Positions 47,548 to 56,889 are shown, counted from the stretch's first letter. The stretch: 62,893 nucleotides of DNA from a virus (IMGVR_UViG_3300007735_000776:1-62893); one strand, 5' to 3'. Notes: generated by a model not told the origin, from the letters alone. Program-made: numbers and translations.

Positions 47548-48216
47548 TCACCAACTCGCTATAAGTGCAAAACCATCGCCACCAGTTCCGCTTACATTTG
47601 AACCACCACAACCAATACCCGGACGATTGATTGTATTGCTGTAGCTGCCAATTCCTACAATAATCGGCTGTAATTGAAAGTAGCCAGTCAAATTTGTTGT
47701 ATATCCATAATTTGCAGTTGAAAAACCTGAAGCACCGGGCGACCCGCCTGAAAGAAAAGTGGTGGTTGATGGAGTAATTGCCGCAGACATACCGGCTTGA
47801 CCAACGACCGATTGATAAAAACCCATCGCCTCAAAAGCACTAGTTGCAGAAGAAGCTGTACCCCCATTAATGCCACTTGCTGAGTTTGCTCTTAATAGTT
47901 CAGTAAATGCAGACGTTGAAAACCTTCCATATATACCCGTTCTATCACCATTACCACCACGATCGACTTTTACAAATAAGATGTCGGGCAAATTTTGCGC
48001 AGCGCCGTACCAAACACTTACAGCACCAGAACCACCACCTGATCCAGCACCATCACCATTACCGCCCGCACCAATTAACATGATGTACACATGACTTACG
48101 CCCGTAGGCTTATTCCAAGACAGTTTCGGTTGCAATGCTGTTGTAAATGGCGCATAAAACATCTGCACATCAGCATTAGCCGTGCGAAATTGATTCTGAT
48201 GTTGCCGAACAAACAT
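47548..48216 (-). CDS. Glycine-rich virion protein, paralog 1
   Basis: Same motif set as its neighbours. Confidence 0.7.
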   Translation of the reverse strand: MFVRQHQNQFRTANADVQMFYAPFTTALQPKLSWNKPTGVSHVYIMLIGAGGNGDGAGSGGGSGAVSVWYGAAQNLPDILFVKVDRGGNGDRTGIYGRFSTSAFTELLRANSASGINGGTASSATSAFEAMGFYQSVVGQAGMSAAITPSTTTFLSGGSPGASGFSTANYGYTTNLTGYFQLQPIIVGIGSYSNTINRPGIGCGGSNVSGTGGDGFALIASW

Positions 48217-48218
48217 AT

Positions 48219-48425
48219 TTACTCCGTATACCAGCTAGGAACGGCAGCGTTATCGTTTACGCAGGTGTACTCCACATTCTCCTCACCCAAAGGCGTACCG
48301 TCAGCACGATAAACGCCTATGTACGATCCTGATGAATCCAAATGTGCATACCCATCAGAACCGTCTGAGAATTGAAGCAGAAACCAGCTATCAGTATCGC
48401 GCCACATATTAGTAATCTCCGGCAA
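48219..48425 (-). CDS. Small hypothetical protein
   Basis: Fills the gap between fibre genes; the start may be 48407. Confidence 0.5.
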   Translation of the reverse strand: MPEITNMWRDTDSWFLLQFSDGSDGYAHLDSSGSYIGVYRADGTPLGEENVEYTCVNDNAAVPSWYTE

Positions 48426-48846
48426 TTGTCACGACCGAGTAACCAGTACCAGCAGCACCAGTCGATGTACCAAACGTCACATACAGAAGATAGTTAGGAT
48501 CAAGCGCAAAGTTCAGCGGCAATTCAAACACCGACGAGGCAGCAGTCTGAGATACCGTCACCGCAGGTAGTGTGATTTCATCGTACAACCAAGTGTTTGT
48601 TGCGTTAGTAGTTGTGCTAGTAGAAATAAATACTCGGCAGACTGTCGCGGCAGGAGAACCTACTGGACGAAAACGAATCTTCTGTACATAGGAACCGTTA
48701 GACCCCGCCGTGAACGCCTTGTATAGCGTTCCAGAGCCATCCTGTGCCGTGTTAGCGGTTGGGCCTACGATAAGACCAGAATTGTTAGTTGCAACCGAAT
48801 CAGTGGCTCCAACTATCGAATAAATAGGGCTAGTATTTGCTGGCAT
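48409..48846 (-). CDS. Virion beta-sandwich protein
   Basis: MPANTSPIY...GDY; context. Confidence 0.6.
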   Translation of the reverse strand: MPANTSPIYSIVGATDSVATNNSGLIVGPTANTAQDGSGTLYKAFTAGSNGSYVQKIRFRPVGSPAATVCRVFISTSTTTNATNTWLYDEITLPAVTVSQTAASSVFELPLNFALDPNYLLYVTFGTSTGAAGTGYSVVTIAGDY

Positions 48847-48856
48847 GATTTACTCC

Positions 48857-49159
48857 TTATGGAAGAATGCAGTTAATAGAAACGGCGCGAACAAGACCAA
48901 TTGATGTACCCGACGCAGCAGGCGCAGCAGATGTCCAAGCCGTACCATTCGATGTCAGAATATTTCCCAAAGCGCCGGGACTAGTTAGGCCGGTACCACC
49001 AGAGCCAGCCGGAAGCGCTTGAGCTAATGTAACGACTTGGTTTGTACCAATCGTGACCGCTGTGGTCGTTCCGTTGGTCTGTAATATCAACTGACCCGTT
49101 GTATCGCCACTATTAACTAGCGCGGTGCCAGAGGTCGTGCCTGCTGAAATCGTACTCAT
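48857..49159 (-). CDS. Tail fibre linker/adaptor protein
   Basis: N-terminus resembles that of 44650-45147; GNILTSNG.AW.S linker. Confidence 0.6.
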   Translation of the reverse strand: MSTISAGTTSGTALVNSGDTTGQLILQTNGTTTAVTIGTNQVVTLAQALPAGSGGTGLTSPGALGNILTSNGTAWTSAAPAASGTSIGLVRAVSINCILP

Positions 49160-49168
49160 TGCTGCTCC

Positions 49169-50158
49169 TTAGATAACAACCCAACGCTGCCCAGAACTAA
49201 CAGTCACGCTCTGCCCACTGGCTACTGTAATAGGCCCGACTGACATTGCGTTTGTACCGGTAGCGATGGTGTAACTAGCCGATACCGTAGTGCTATTGAC
49301 TACCAATCCATTGCTTGCAACTAGTTCTGATGCTTGTAATTCACCAGTGCTTGGCTTGTATAACAGCTTGGCATTGCTGGTAAAAATTGTAGTTGGAGCA
49401 CCCGTGGTCGCATTTGAAAACAACGGGAAAAGATTGCTGGTGGTGCTGGTATCGTTACTAATGGAAGCACCACTAGGTGGTGCAGCGGCCCATGTTGCTG
49501 TCGTCCCATTACTTTGCAGAATGGTACCGTTTGAACCAATACCTAATCTGGTAGCGCTGTTTGTACCGTTACCGACAATCAAGTCACCAGTTGTAGTAAT
49601 TGGAGATAACGCATTAAATGCTGCCGATGCGGTTGTTTGCCCAGTACCACCATTAGCCACCGCAAGAGTTCCTGCAACAGTAACCGCGCCAGAGGTAGCT
49701 GTATTTGGGGTTAGTCCGGTTGTACCAAAACTAATTGTTGCTACACCATCAGTAGCAGTAGAAGCAATCGTCACAAAGTCAGAGCCGTTCCAAGCTACTA
49801 CTGCTCTATCTCCGGCAGCGATTGTCGTACCAGTCGTAGCGGAACCTTTTACGACTACCGCCGCATTAGACTGATTAATTACGACATATGCTTTAGATTG
49901 GCTTGGAGCAACAATGTTACGACTGACCCCCGGTGTACCGGTTGGGATAAGAATCGCGCAACGTGCTTCATTAGCTGCACCAGAACCTGTTGTGGAAAGC
50001 GTCCAGTTGCCTGAAGTAACTGATGCGGTAGCAGTAGCGGCAATTGAGTCTTCTACTAGTTCCGTAATATTGTCGTTAACAACGGTACCCCAAGTGCCTT
50101 GTAGTTCCCCAGTAACTGGGAGGGCAAAACCCAGTAACGATGTATACGATGTAGGCAT
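49169..50158 (-). CDS. Tail fibre (proximal) protein
   Basis: GE..GTWG...N N-terminal anchor; LAVANGGTG repeats; SVGPITV.SG..VTV..G.RWVVI C-terminus. Confidence 0.7.
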   Translation of the reverse strand: MPTSYTSLLGFALPVTGELQGTWGTVVNDNITELVEDSIAATATASVTSGNWTLSTTGSGAANEARCAILIPTGTPGVSRNIVAPSQSKAYVVINQSNAAVVVKGSATTGTTIAAGDRAVVAWNGSDFVTIASTATDGVATISFGTTGLTPNTATSGAVTVAGTLAVANGGTGQTTASAAFNALSPITTTGDLIVGNGTNSATRLGIGSNGTILQSNGTTATWAAAPPSGASISNDTSTTSNLFPLFSNATTGAPTTIFTSNAKLLYKPSTGELQASELVASNGLVVNSTTVSASYTIATGTNAMSVGPITVASGQSVTVSSGQRWVVI

Positions 50159-50170
50159 GATTTATCCTCT

Positions 50171-50947
50171 TTATGCTACTAATTCTTCCTGCTCAGTATT
50201 AACTGCGTTCCAATTAGCGTTCTGGTTATTGGTAACGAGGCCCCACGTTACATTTTGGTAGTCATTAATTATGTTCCACCCTTTAAATGTAATCGTACCA
50301 ACCGCACCTGTACCTTGCACACCTGTTACTAGCTTGCTGTCGTCAACTTCAATTGCAACTGTCCCGACAGTACCTGTTCCTTGTACGCCTGTTGGGGTAA
50401 TTATTTCTCCAACAATCGCACTTACTGTCCCTACTGCCCCGGCACCGGCTACGCCAGTCGGATATACAACCCAATCATACGCTGGGATTACGGTCCCAAT
50501 CGCCCCGGTACCTTGTACTCCAGACGCAGTTACATTGCTACTAATCTGGAATGCTACGTCCCCAATACTGCCTATTCCCGCTACACCGGTCAGTAGGACT
50601 GTGTCGTTTACAGCGACGCTTACTGTTCCAACATCTCCGGTACCCTGAACTCCCGTAACCGTATATACGACACCAATCGTAAAAGTTACTGTTCCTACAG
50701 CCCCGATACCAACTAAATTGTCTGTGTCTGGTACAACAATATCGTCAACTTGTACTATGAAGCCGCCAACTTCAGCGACCCCTTGTACCCCAGTAACTGT
50801 GATGTTGCTATTAATTAGTACTGCTGGGGTACCTACTGCTCCAGTACCAGATACTCCATCAACGGCATACGCTGGGGATACCCCACTCCACGCGTTGTAT
50901 CCCCAAGCGCCATCACCCCAACCCTGATTCCAAGTTGTGGATGCCAC
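50171..50947 (-). CDS. Virion protein with VTGVQG.G.VG repeats
   Basis: About 10 short repeats; GWG.GAWG N-terminus. Confidence 0.65.
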   Translation of the reverse strand: MASTTWNQGWGDGAWGYNAWSGVSPAYAVDGVSGTGAVGTPAVLINSNITVTGVQGVAEVGGFIVQVDDIVVPDTDNLVGIGAVGTVTFTIGVVYTVTGVQGTGDVGTVSVAVNDTVLLTGVAGIGSIGDVAFQISSNVTASGVQGTGAIGTVIPAYDWVVYPTGVAGAGAVGTVSAIVGEIITPTGVQGTGTVGTVAIEVDDSKLVTGVQGTGAVGTITFKGWNIINDYQNVTWGLVTNNQNANWNAVNTEQEELVA

Positions 50948-50959
50948 ATTATTTCCTTA

Positions 50960-51424
50960 TTAGGCGATTCTAATGATGGCGGTTGCCGCTGCCGCTGCTG
51001 GAAACTGAATCTGAAAATCTCCAGAGGACACTTGCTGGTCACCGCCAAAACTTAACACCGCACAAGCAGGATTTCCCGAGGCGGTATCGTTGTAAATAAT
51101 CCCACCACAAGTTGTGAAAGTTGCCGTAGTCCAAGTGGTGTTATCAAAGTCACACACAGCGGTAGTACCATCCGCAACAGGGGTCACAGATGTCAGCGTA
51201 TTACCACCAGTCGTGTAGCCGCTACCGTTTGGTAGTTCGTCACTATTAGATGTCAAATTATCGTAGCTAGTGGTGGCTGCGCCATAAGTGCCTGATCCAG
51301 CAGCAGTGGCTTTCATCAAAGCCAGCTTAAAGGTGTTACCGGTAGAGGCAGTAAAGTTGTGAACCGCACGGAGAATCTCTACTTTGAAAGAAGTAGGCAT
51401 TGCGGTAGTTACTGAAATAGGCAT
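50960..51424 (-). CDS. Virion structural protein (paralog of 51713-52129)
   Basis: TSFK.E...HNF...FK.AL...GY..GG.TL...DF...W...T. Confidence 0.65.
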   Translation of the reverse strand: MPISVTTAMPTSFKVEILRAVHNFTASTGNTFKLALMKATAAGSGTYGAATTSYDNLTSNSDELPNGSGYTTGGNTLTSVTPVADGTTAVCDFDNTTWTTATFTTCGGIIYNDTASGNPACAVLSFGGDQQVSSGDFQIQFPAAAAATAIIRIA

Positions 51425-51425
51425 T

Positions 51426-51713
51426 TTATTTCTCCAGAAGTTTAATTAAGTCCGGGTGTCCCGCATCACGGAGACGGTTAGCAATCGTGGTGTGATTTGA
51501 TCTGACACACTGAGTACCATAATTAAGCAACACCCCACGAATACTTTTCCTAAAAGCTTCAGCTTGCTGCCGTAAAACAGGGTCTGCCGAAGCGCTTATG
51601 AAAATGATTCGATCCAACGTATTGTCAACTAACTCCTCTGGTGTGAACCCACGACCAGATACCGTAGTTGCTCTAATATCTCCCAATAGTGCGCCGCCAT
51701 TTGCTGATAGCAT
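51426..51713 (-). CDS. Conserved hypothetical protein
   Basis: RGFTPEE...I..S.....QQAEAF. Confidence 0.65.
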   Translation of the reverse strand: MLSANGGALLGDIRATTVSGRGFTPEELVDNTLDRIIFISASADPVLRQQAEAFRKSIRGVLLNYGTQCVRSNHTTIANRLRDAGHPDLIKLLEK

Positions 51714-52129
51714 TAGTTCATCCTTATGATTGCACTGTTTGCTGCGTTTGCCGGAAACTCCACCGTAAACGTCTGATTAACTACTATTTTGTCGTTACCA
51801 AAATCTAATACTGCTACCGACCGGTTGGCCTTACTTGCGTTATAAATCAAAGCACCCCGGCAAGTAAACGAGGCGTTAGCCCAGCTTGTGTTGTTAAAAC
51901 TCACGTACACCGTGGTGCCAGTAGCCTGTACCGTCGCACCTGTTAACGTGTTGCCACCAGCCACGTATCCAGTTCCTGTAATCTCGTTGGTGGTTGTGTA
52001 CGCAGTTGTGTTGGCATCCAGATCAGCGAACGCCGTATAAAGCGCGATTTTTATCGTATCCGTAAGAAGGTCATGAATCCCTTCGTACAGTTCAGCTTTA
52101 AACGACGTAGTTTGAGTTTGGACAATCAT
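51713..52129 (-). CDS. Virion structural protein (paralog of 50960-51424)
   Basis: TSFKAEL..G.H......KIALY...GY.AGG.L. Confidence 0.65.
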   Translation of the reverse strand: MIVQTQTTSFKAELYEGIHDLLTDTIKIALYTAFADLDANTTAYTTTNEITGTGYVAGGNTLTGATVQATGTTVYVSFNNTSWANASFTCRGALIYNASKANRSVAVLDFGNDKIVVNQTFTVEFPANAANSAIIRMN

Positions 52130-52812
52130 TTAACTGGGTACCTAACTTGACCATTACGATAAGCATCCTGACGGTTCTTGCCATCGCCAAGCTGTTTAGC
52201 CAGTGCTAATGCTTCGTCATACCGTTGCTGATACTTCGCCATCAAATCTGGTTCACCCTTCATAAACACATAGGCTTCGAGTAACGAGCCATACAGAAGA
52301 ACTGAATCAAAATTGTCTCCAAGCCACGACGTACCAGACGGATTGTTGATCGTGTCGGACATCGAAATTGGATAATAAAAATAGTGCAGCTCTACTGTGT
52401 AATTCGCGTTGGGTGTTGGGCCCAAAATAAACGACAACTCGTTGGTCGGCGTTACCGGTGGCACAGTCGTTGTTGTAGGCCCAAAAATAGCGTAGTACTG
52501 AGGGATGCCAGTCGCAGTTGTGCTGTTGGGGTACGACTCACGGATAAAGTTCACATCCTTATCCAAAAGGTAATAGTAGTTACCCGAACCATCAACCACA
52601 GCCAAAGAGAACACAGACAAGAAATCACTCGGGGCGGATAAGTACTTATTGCCCGACGTTAACGCTCCCGTGGAGTTCTTGCGTAGTGCTGGGAACTGTA
52701 TCGAGTTGTAGATACGCTGTTCGGCGTTTTGCACGAACGTGGCGAGTGCGGTCGCCGTGAACGTATTCTCGGTATAGTCCTCAATCGCTGCGGTTAACTG
52801 CGCGTAGTTCAT
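52126..52812 (-). CDS. Head-tail adaptor-like protein
   Basis: MNY..L..AI.DY.E; GPTP..Y; LLYG.L.EA..FMK. Confidence 0.6.
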   Translation of the reverse strand: MNYAQLTAAIEDYTENTFTATALATFVQNAEQRIYNSIQFPALRKNSTGALTSGNKYLSAPSDFLSVFSLAVVDGSGNYYYLLDKDVNFIRESYPNSTTATGIPQYYAIFGPTTTTVPPVTPTNELSFILGPTPNANYTVELHYFYYPISMSDTINNPSGTSWLGDNFDSVLLYGSLLEAYVFMKGEPDLMAKYQQRYDEALALAKQLGDGKNRQDAYRNGQVRYPVK

Positions 52813-53084
52813 CAGCCCATCTTCCCGCTAATCTTGCGACCCTTAGTTGCTGCGCCGTAACCACGCATCTCGCCAACACCGTACGGATTGACTGGGGCGT
52901 AGTTGCCTTTGCTGATACCACCAGTAGACATGTTCATCTCAGTCATAACTGCCGCACCGGTTTTGTAGCCTGAATACGTAGCCACGTTGGTGTCTTTACC
53001 GGTCATCGTATGAGGGGCAGCGTATACATCACCCGACCCCACCTCTTTACCTTTAACCTTCATACTGTATTTAGCCATGATCAA
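52812..53084 (-). CDS. Small basic protein
   Basis: MRGYGAATKG motif. Confidence 0.65.
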   Translation of the reverse strand: MIMAKYSMKVKGKEVGSGDVYAAPHTMTGKDTNVATYSGYKTGAAVMTEMNMSTGGISKGNYAPVNPYGVGEMRGYGAATKGRKISGKMG

Positions 53085-53269
53085 AGCCCCGTAGCACGAA
53101 CTTTGCGAACAGACGCCTTCTGGTTGGCAACCTTAGCCAGACCACGCCCGAGACGCTTCATTTCCTCGTTAGTCTTACCACCGGCTCGCATCTTCTTGGC
53201 AGCATGCATACGCTGCTCGTGCTTCTTGACCTCACCGACAGCCACCTTCTTCATCTGAGACGCCTTCAT
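53081..53269 (-). CDS. Small basic protein
   Basis: KHEQRMH; MRAGG. Confidence 0.65.
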   Translation of the reverse strand: MKASQMKKVAVGEVKKHEQRMHAAKKMRAGGKTNEEMKRLGRGLAKVANQKASVRKVRATGL

Positions 53270-53277
53270 ATTAACTC

Positions 53278-53706
53278 CTAAGAAATTGAGATTGTTGCAT
53301 TACCCACCGCAGTATTAGCCACAAGATCGTTTGGCGTTAGTCCTGCATCGTCACTTCTGGCCCCACCCACGGGTGCCCAACCCCACTGAAACACACGGCT
53401 ACCACCTTCAGGAAACCCAAACCCAAGTGGTGCTGTACTGTTAACCGTAAGCTCCTGCAAGCCACTAGTGCCTGATACCCGATAACTAACATCTGGGCGT
53501 GGCTCCCTAACAGCTTGTGGATCGTTCACCGGATACATACCTAACTGCAACTGTGGGTGATCCGGGTCCCAACACGTGGGGCAAACCTTAATCTTGTACG
53601 GGCGGGTCTTAACCGTCTGGATACGTAGTTGCTTGAGCATATACCGCTGAGCGCAGCGGTCACACTCTGCAATCGCGAACTTACCAGAGGCAAACCGGTT
53701 TGGCAT
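53278..53706 (-). CDS. Zinc-binding virion/assembly protein
   Basis: CDRC...CPTCWDP.HPQL; DPQA...PRPD. Confidence 0.65.
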   Translation of the reverse strand: MPNRFASGKFAIAECDRCAQRYMLKQLRIQTVKTRPYKIKVCPTCWDPDHPQLQLGMYPVNDPQAVREPRPDVSYRVSGTSGLQELTVNSTAPLGFGFPEGGSRVFQWGWAPVGGARSDDAGLTPNDLVANTAVGNATISIS

Positions 53707-53709
53707 GAC

Positions 53710-54645
53710 TTACCCGTAATAAAACATGTTTCTCGGCACAAGCCGCAGCGGGGATGTATCTCTATCTTCCGCAGACGCCAAGTCCCACTGTTCTTCGTAC
53801 GCTGCTTTAAGCATCGCCACACGGCTTGGATCAACCTCCGGCAGCTTCATGCTCAAGTAAAACGCTAGTCCCGCCACCATACATGGCAACAAGCGGAACG
53901 GAATATCCTGAACCACAGTACCGTTAAGCCCACCGTCTTGAATCCTACGCATCCTCCAATACACGAATGTGTACTGATCTCCCGGCGCGTTAGGCGTAGG
54001 CCACACGTTGATGCAAGGCAAGTTCTGCACCGTCACGTAGTTGGCTGGGGATGAGTTGTGGGACGCTGCGGTTGTGTTGTTCTGCCCTCGGGCACAGTTC
54101 ACCAGCGAGTTACCGCTGATGTTTGGATAGCTAATAGTCTCGTTGTCTAGCTTGATGAACCCTGCTGCTGGCAGTCCTACCGTGGTACTGAGTGGTATGG
54201 TTGTAGCTACAGAGTCGATGTTCTGAGCCAGCGTAACGGCTGTTGTGTACTCGGCACCCGTCTGGCGGTTAAACCACACCTGAATCGGGCGACCTTGCGC
54301 CAGTTTGTTAGGTATCGACGAATAGGTCGGCTCGGCAATCCGGCTGATGTTGATATCAATCTGCTCTAGCGTTGTAGGCTGTGTGCGGATCACATGATCC
54401 AGCAGGTCAATCGTATCGCTTGGAATTGGATAAATGGCCTGACCAGTTGTCATCGGGAACGACCCCTGCTCGACCGTCCAGAGGTTAATACCCCGGTTAG
54501 CCCACTCGATGGACATCAGGTTTAGCGACCGCCTTGCAGTACGCCAGTTGTATCCAGTACGTAACTCGGCACCGCATCGCTCAAACGCCTCTTCGATGAG
54601 GTTATTGAGGTCAAGGTTAAACTCGGCTGTACCGGAAGTAGGCAT
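53710..54645 (-). CDS. Head-tail connector-like protein with an inserted beta domain
   Basis: IEEAFER.G...ARRSLN....W.NRG.NLW; P.RL.PC..AGLA.Y. Confidence 0.65.
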   Translation of the reverse strand: MPTSGTAEFNLDLNNLIEEAFERCGAELRTGYNWRTARRSLNLMSIEWANRGINLWTVEQGSFPMTTGQAIYPIPSDTIDLLDHVIRTQPTTLEQIDINISRIAEPTYSSIPNKLAQGRPIQVWFNRQTGAEYTTAVTLAQNIDSVATTIPLSTTVGLPAAGFIKLDNETISYPNISGNSLVNCARGQNNTTAASHNSSPANYVTVQNLPCINVWPTPNAPGDQYTFVYWRMRRIQDGGLNGTVVQDIPFRLLPCMVAGLAFYLSMKLPEVDPSRVAMLKAAYEEQWDLASAEDRDTSPLRLVPRNMFYYG

Positions 54646-54647
54646 TG

Positions 54648-54890
54648 TTATTTCACTTTCCTATATGGCGCGACCTTCTGCGCTATGCGTTTTGGCTGCG
54701 CGACGAACTGTTTGCCAGACTTCTTCCCCGCCCGTTTCGCCCTCGTGGTTGCGGCATACTCGGCGGGGCTTAATGCTTTTATAGCGCTTTCTGGTAGGTA
54801 CCGCTCCCCCGTCTTTGACGACGGTTTTCCACTTTTGGTGCGCCATTTCTGCTCACCCCACGCTTTTAAACTTTGCTGCGGTGCTTTCAC
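54648..54890 (-). CDS. Small basic protein
   Basis: Q.SLK.W..Q.W.TKSGK.S...GERYLP. Confidence 0.7.
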   Translation of the reverse strand: MKAPQQSLKAWGEQKWRTKSGKPSSKTGERYLPESAIKALSPAEYAATTRAKRAGKKSGKQFVAQPKRIAQKVAPYRKVK

Positions 54891-55165
54891 TTCTTGCCCA
54901 TTTTCTTCAGAGTTTGGGCAAGTCTTGCTCTTTGGCCCAATTTCCCTGGTTTTTGGGCAGCAGAGGCTAGCTTCTTAGGGGAAATCGGCTTGCCTTCTTT
55001 TGCGCCAAGCTGAGCGCGTAGTGCGCCGGGTTTCTTGATCGCTTCCTGAATAAACTTTTTTGTGGAGCCGCCCTTCTTCATACCATCGACGCCACGGCCT
55101 TTTAGTACATCTGCTTGAGTGACCTTACCGTCGCCGGTCAGGTCAGGAAACTTACTAGCCATCAC
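54887..55165 (-). CDS. Small basic protein with an EF-hand/dockerin-like loop
   Basis: DLTGDGKVTQAD; MKKGG; IQ.AIKKPGAL...RARLA.TL. Confidence 0.65.
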   Translation of the reverse strand: MMASKFPDLTGDGKVTQADVLKGRGVDGMKKGGSTKKFIQEAIKKPGALRAQLGAKEGKPISPKKLASAAQKPGKLGQRARLAQTLKKMGKK

Positions 55166-55548
55166 ACGATCCTTCCCTTGGTCTTACCACGCTTAGCGAT
55201 ACCATCTGCGCGGGATGATGCGGACTTTACCGCCCCGCCTTTTTTCATACCGTACTGTTTTTGGTTCTCCATCGCGGCTTTATAGCTATCTGATCTTTTA
55301 TGCGCTTGCTTCATGAGGTCCAAAGCTTTAACGTCCCCTTTTCCAAGACGTTTTGCAAGTGTTTCAGAATCTGGGTCTGAAGGCTGTTTAAACTTCTCGT
55401 AGTCGGACTTCATTCCTTCTTTGTCTCTACTAAACGCGAATTCAGCACCTTTAGCACCGCTGGCGCGTTTTTTACCAGAATAAACATCCTCGTCGTAATC
55501 GGCCCACTTGTAACCTTCAAATGGGTCTTTTTTATCTTTATCAGCCAC
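55162..55548 (-). CDS. Small basic protein
   Basis: MKKGG...SASSRADGIAKRGKTKG. Confidence 0.65.
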   Translation of the reverse strand: MADKDKKDPFEGYKWADYDEDVYSGKKRASGAKGAEFAFSRDKEGMKSDYEKFKQPSDPDSETLAKRLGKGDVKALDLMKQAHKRSDSYKAAMENQKQYGMKKGGAVKSASSRADGIAKRGKTKGRIV

Positions 55549-55816
55549 GATATCCTCCTCCTGCTGCTTTGTACTTTTTAGCCACTAGCTGTGCTTTGCG
55601 GGCTGACCATTGCCCTGCCTTAGTGCCATGAGTGGCAGCGGCTTTTACTTGCGCCACGATCCGCTTGCGCAGTTCTGGCTTGGTGTAATTACCAGCAGCG
55701 TTCACCTTGCCGCCTTCTTTGTACTGCGTGAAGTCGGTGTTGTCCCGGCGAGACTTCTTCTTCGCCTTTGGCATTTTAGAAGGACTAATAGCACCCATTC
55801 CACGTGAAGCCATCAT
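55541..55816 (-). CDS. Small basic protein
   Basis: NYTKP.LR....GQWSARKAQ...Y...GGGY. Confidence 0.7.
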   Translation of the reverse strand: MMASRGMGAISPSKMPKAKKKSRRDNTDFTQYKEGGKVNAAGNYTKPELRKRIVAQVKAAATHGTKAGQWSARKAQLVAKKYKAAGGGYRG

Positions 55817-56028
55817 ACAATTTTGCCTCTCGTCTTACCGCGTTGAGCAATACCATCTGCACGAGAAGAAGCGCTACCACCTTTCGCCATCTTCTTTACA
55901 GGCGTTGGAGGTTTGGTAGGCGTAGGTTGAGTCTCTTTCTTAACAAACTCATCCTTCTTCAGATTCTCGTACTCCAAGCGCAAATTACGCTCGGCAGACT
56001 TTGGATCAGTGCCTTCGTTGGTAGCCAT
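55813..56028 (-). CDS. Small basic protein
   Basis: MAKGGSASSRADGIAQRGKTRG. Confidence 0.65.
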   Translation of the reverse strand: MATNEGTDPKSAERNLRLEYENLKKDEFVKKETQPTPTKPPTPVKKMAKGGSASSRADGIAQRGKTRGKIV

Positions 56029-56029
56029 G

Positions 56030-56452
56030 TCAGCACTTCCCGCCGTATTTCATCTTAGCCATACCGCCTTTTTTCATGCCGGTGGAGCCTGCCATCTTGA
56101 CCATCGTGCCCTTGGTCTTGCCTTTAACAGCAACACCATCACGGCTAGGAGCAGCAGTTTTCACAGCGCCCATTTTGCTTGGCATCACACCGCCGCCTGC
56201 GTAACCACCTTTAGACATCTTCTTCATACCAGCCTCCGCCATTTCGTGTTTGACCATAGACTTAGGAGCGCCCTTCTTCTTCATGAACGACACTTCCTTC
56301 TTCATCATTGCTTTTGACTCTTTCATCTCGCCTCCTCCGGCTTTGGTGAATTCGCGACCTACGCTCATTGGCACGCCTACCTTCTTGGCAAAAGACGGAC
56401 TGTGAGCGACAGCCCGCATGAATTTCTCTTGTTTGGCAGATTTAGCTGGCAT
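56030..56452 (-). CDS. Small Met/Lys/Gly-rich basic protein
   Basis: Start trimmed to MPAKSAKQ (56452); repeated MxKGG. Confidence 0.7.
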   Translation of the reverse strand: MPAKSAKQEKFMRAVAHSPSFAKKVGVPMSVGREFTKAGGGEMKESKAMMKKEVSFMKKKGAPKSMVKHEMAEAGMKKMSKGGYAGGGVMPSKMGAVKTAAPSRDGVAVKGKTKGTMVKMAGSTGMKKGGMAKMKYGGKC

Positions 56453-56453
56453 A

Positions 56454-56642
56454 TCAAACCTTGGGGAACCAACCCTTACCAACAACAAGACCGGCAACAA
56501 AAATACCGATCCAGATCAGCACTTTTTCAACCACGGTCTTACCAATCTTTTTATAAAACTCTGAAGACAATTCCTCAAGCGCAAGCTTTGCCGCTTCTTT
56601 GGCAATCTGTCTTTCGCGTTCGGTTAGTTGTATATCGCCCAT
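56454..56642 (-). CDS. Small membrane protein
   Basis: C-terminal TM segment. Confidence 0.6.
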   Translation of the reverse strand: MGDIQLTERERQIAKEAAKLALEELSSEFYKKIGKTVVEKVLIWIGIFVAGLVVGKGWFPKV

Positions 56643-56643
56643 T

Positions 56644-56889
56644 TCAGCACTTCCAAGCTCTCAAAGATTTGTTAATACGGCTATTCGGATCGTTCGCGGT
56701 CTTGGCGCTTGTCAGCTTTTTCTTCATGCCTGACATACGAGCGCAGAACGATTTTTTCCGTGCGCCGCCTTCCGGCTGGGGAGGTTTCAAGTTCATGCCT
56801 TGCGCTTTCGCGGAGGCTCTCCCTTTGGCGTTCAAGCCGCCTTTGGGATTCTTTCCCTCTTTCCTCTGCCATGCCGGAGACTTAGCCAT
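56644..56889 (-). CDS. Small basic protein
   Basis: GGLNAKGR...R.KSFCARM...SR...LR.WKC. Confidence 0.7.
   Translation of the reverse strand: MAKSPAWQRKEGKNPKGGLNAKGRASAKAQGMNLKPPQPEGGARKKSFCARMSGMKKKLTSAKTANDPNSRINKSLRAWKC

Noticed and set aside
46052-48216. Diversity-generating retroelement acting on the fibre paralogs
   Set aside because: No reverse transcriptase gene, and no near-identical TR/VR pair with adenine-specific differences was seen.
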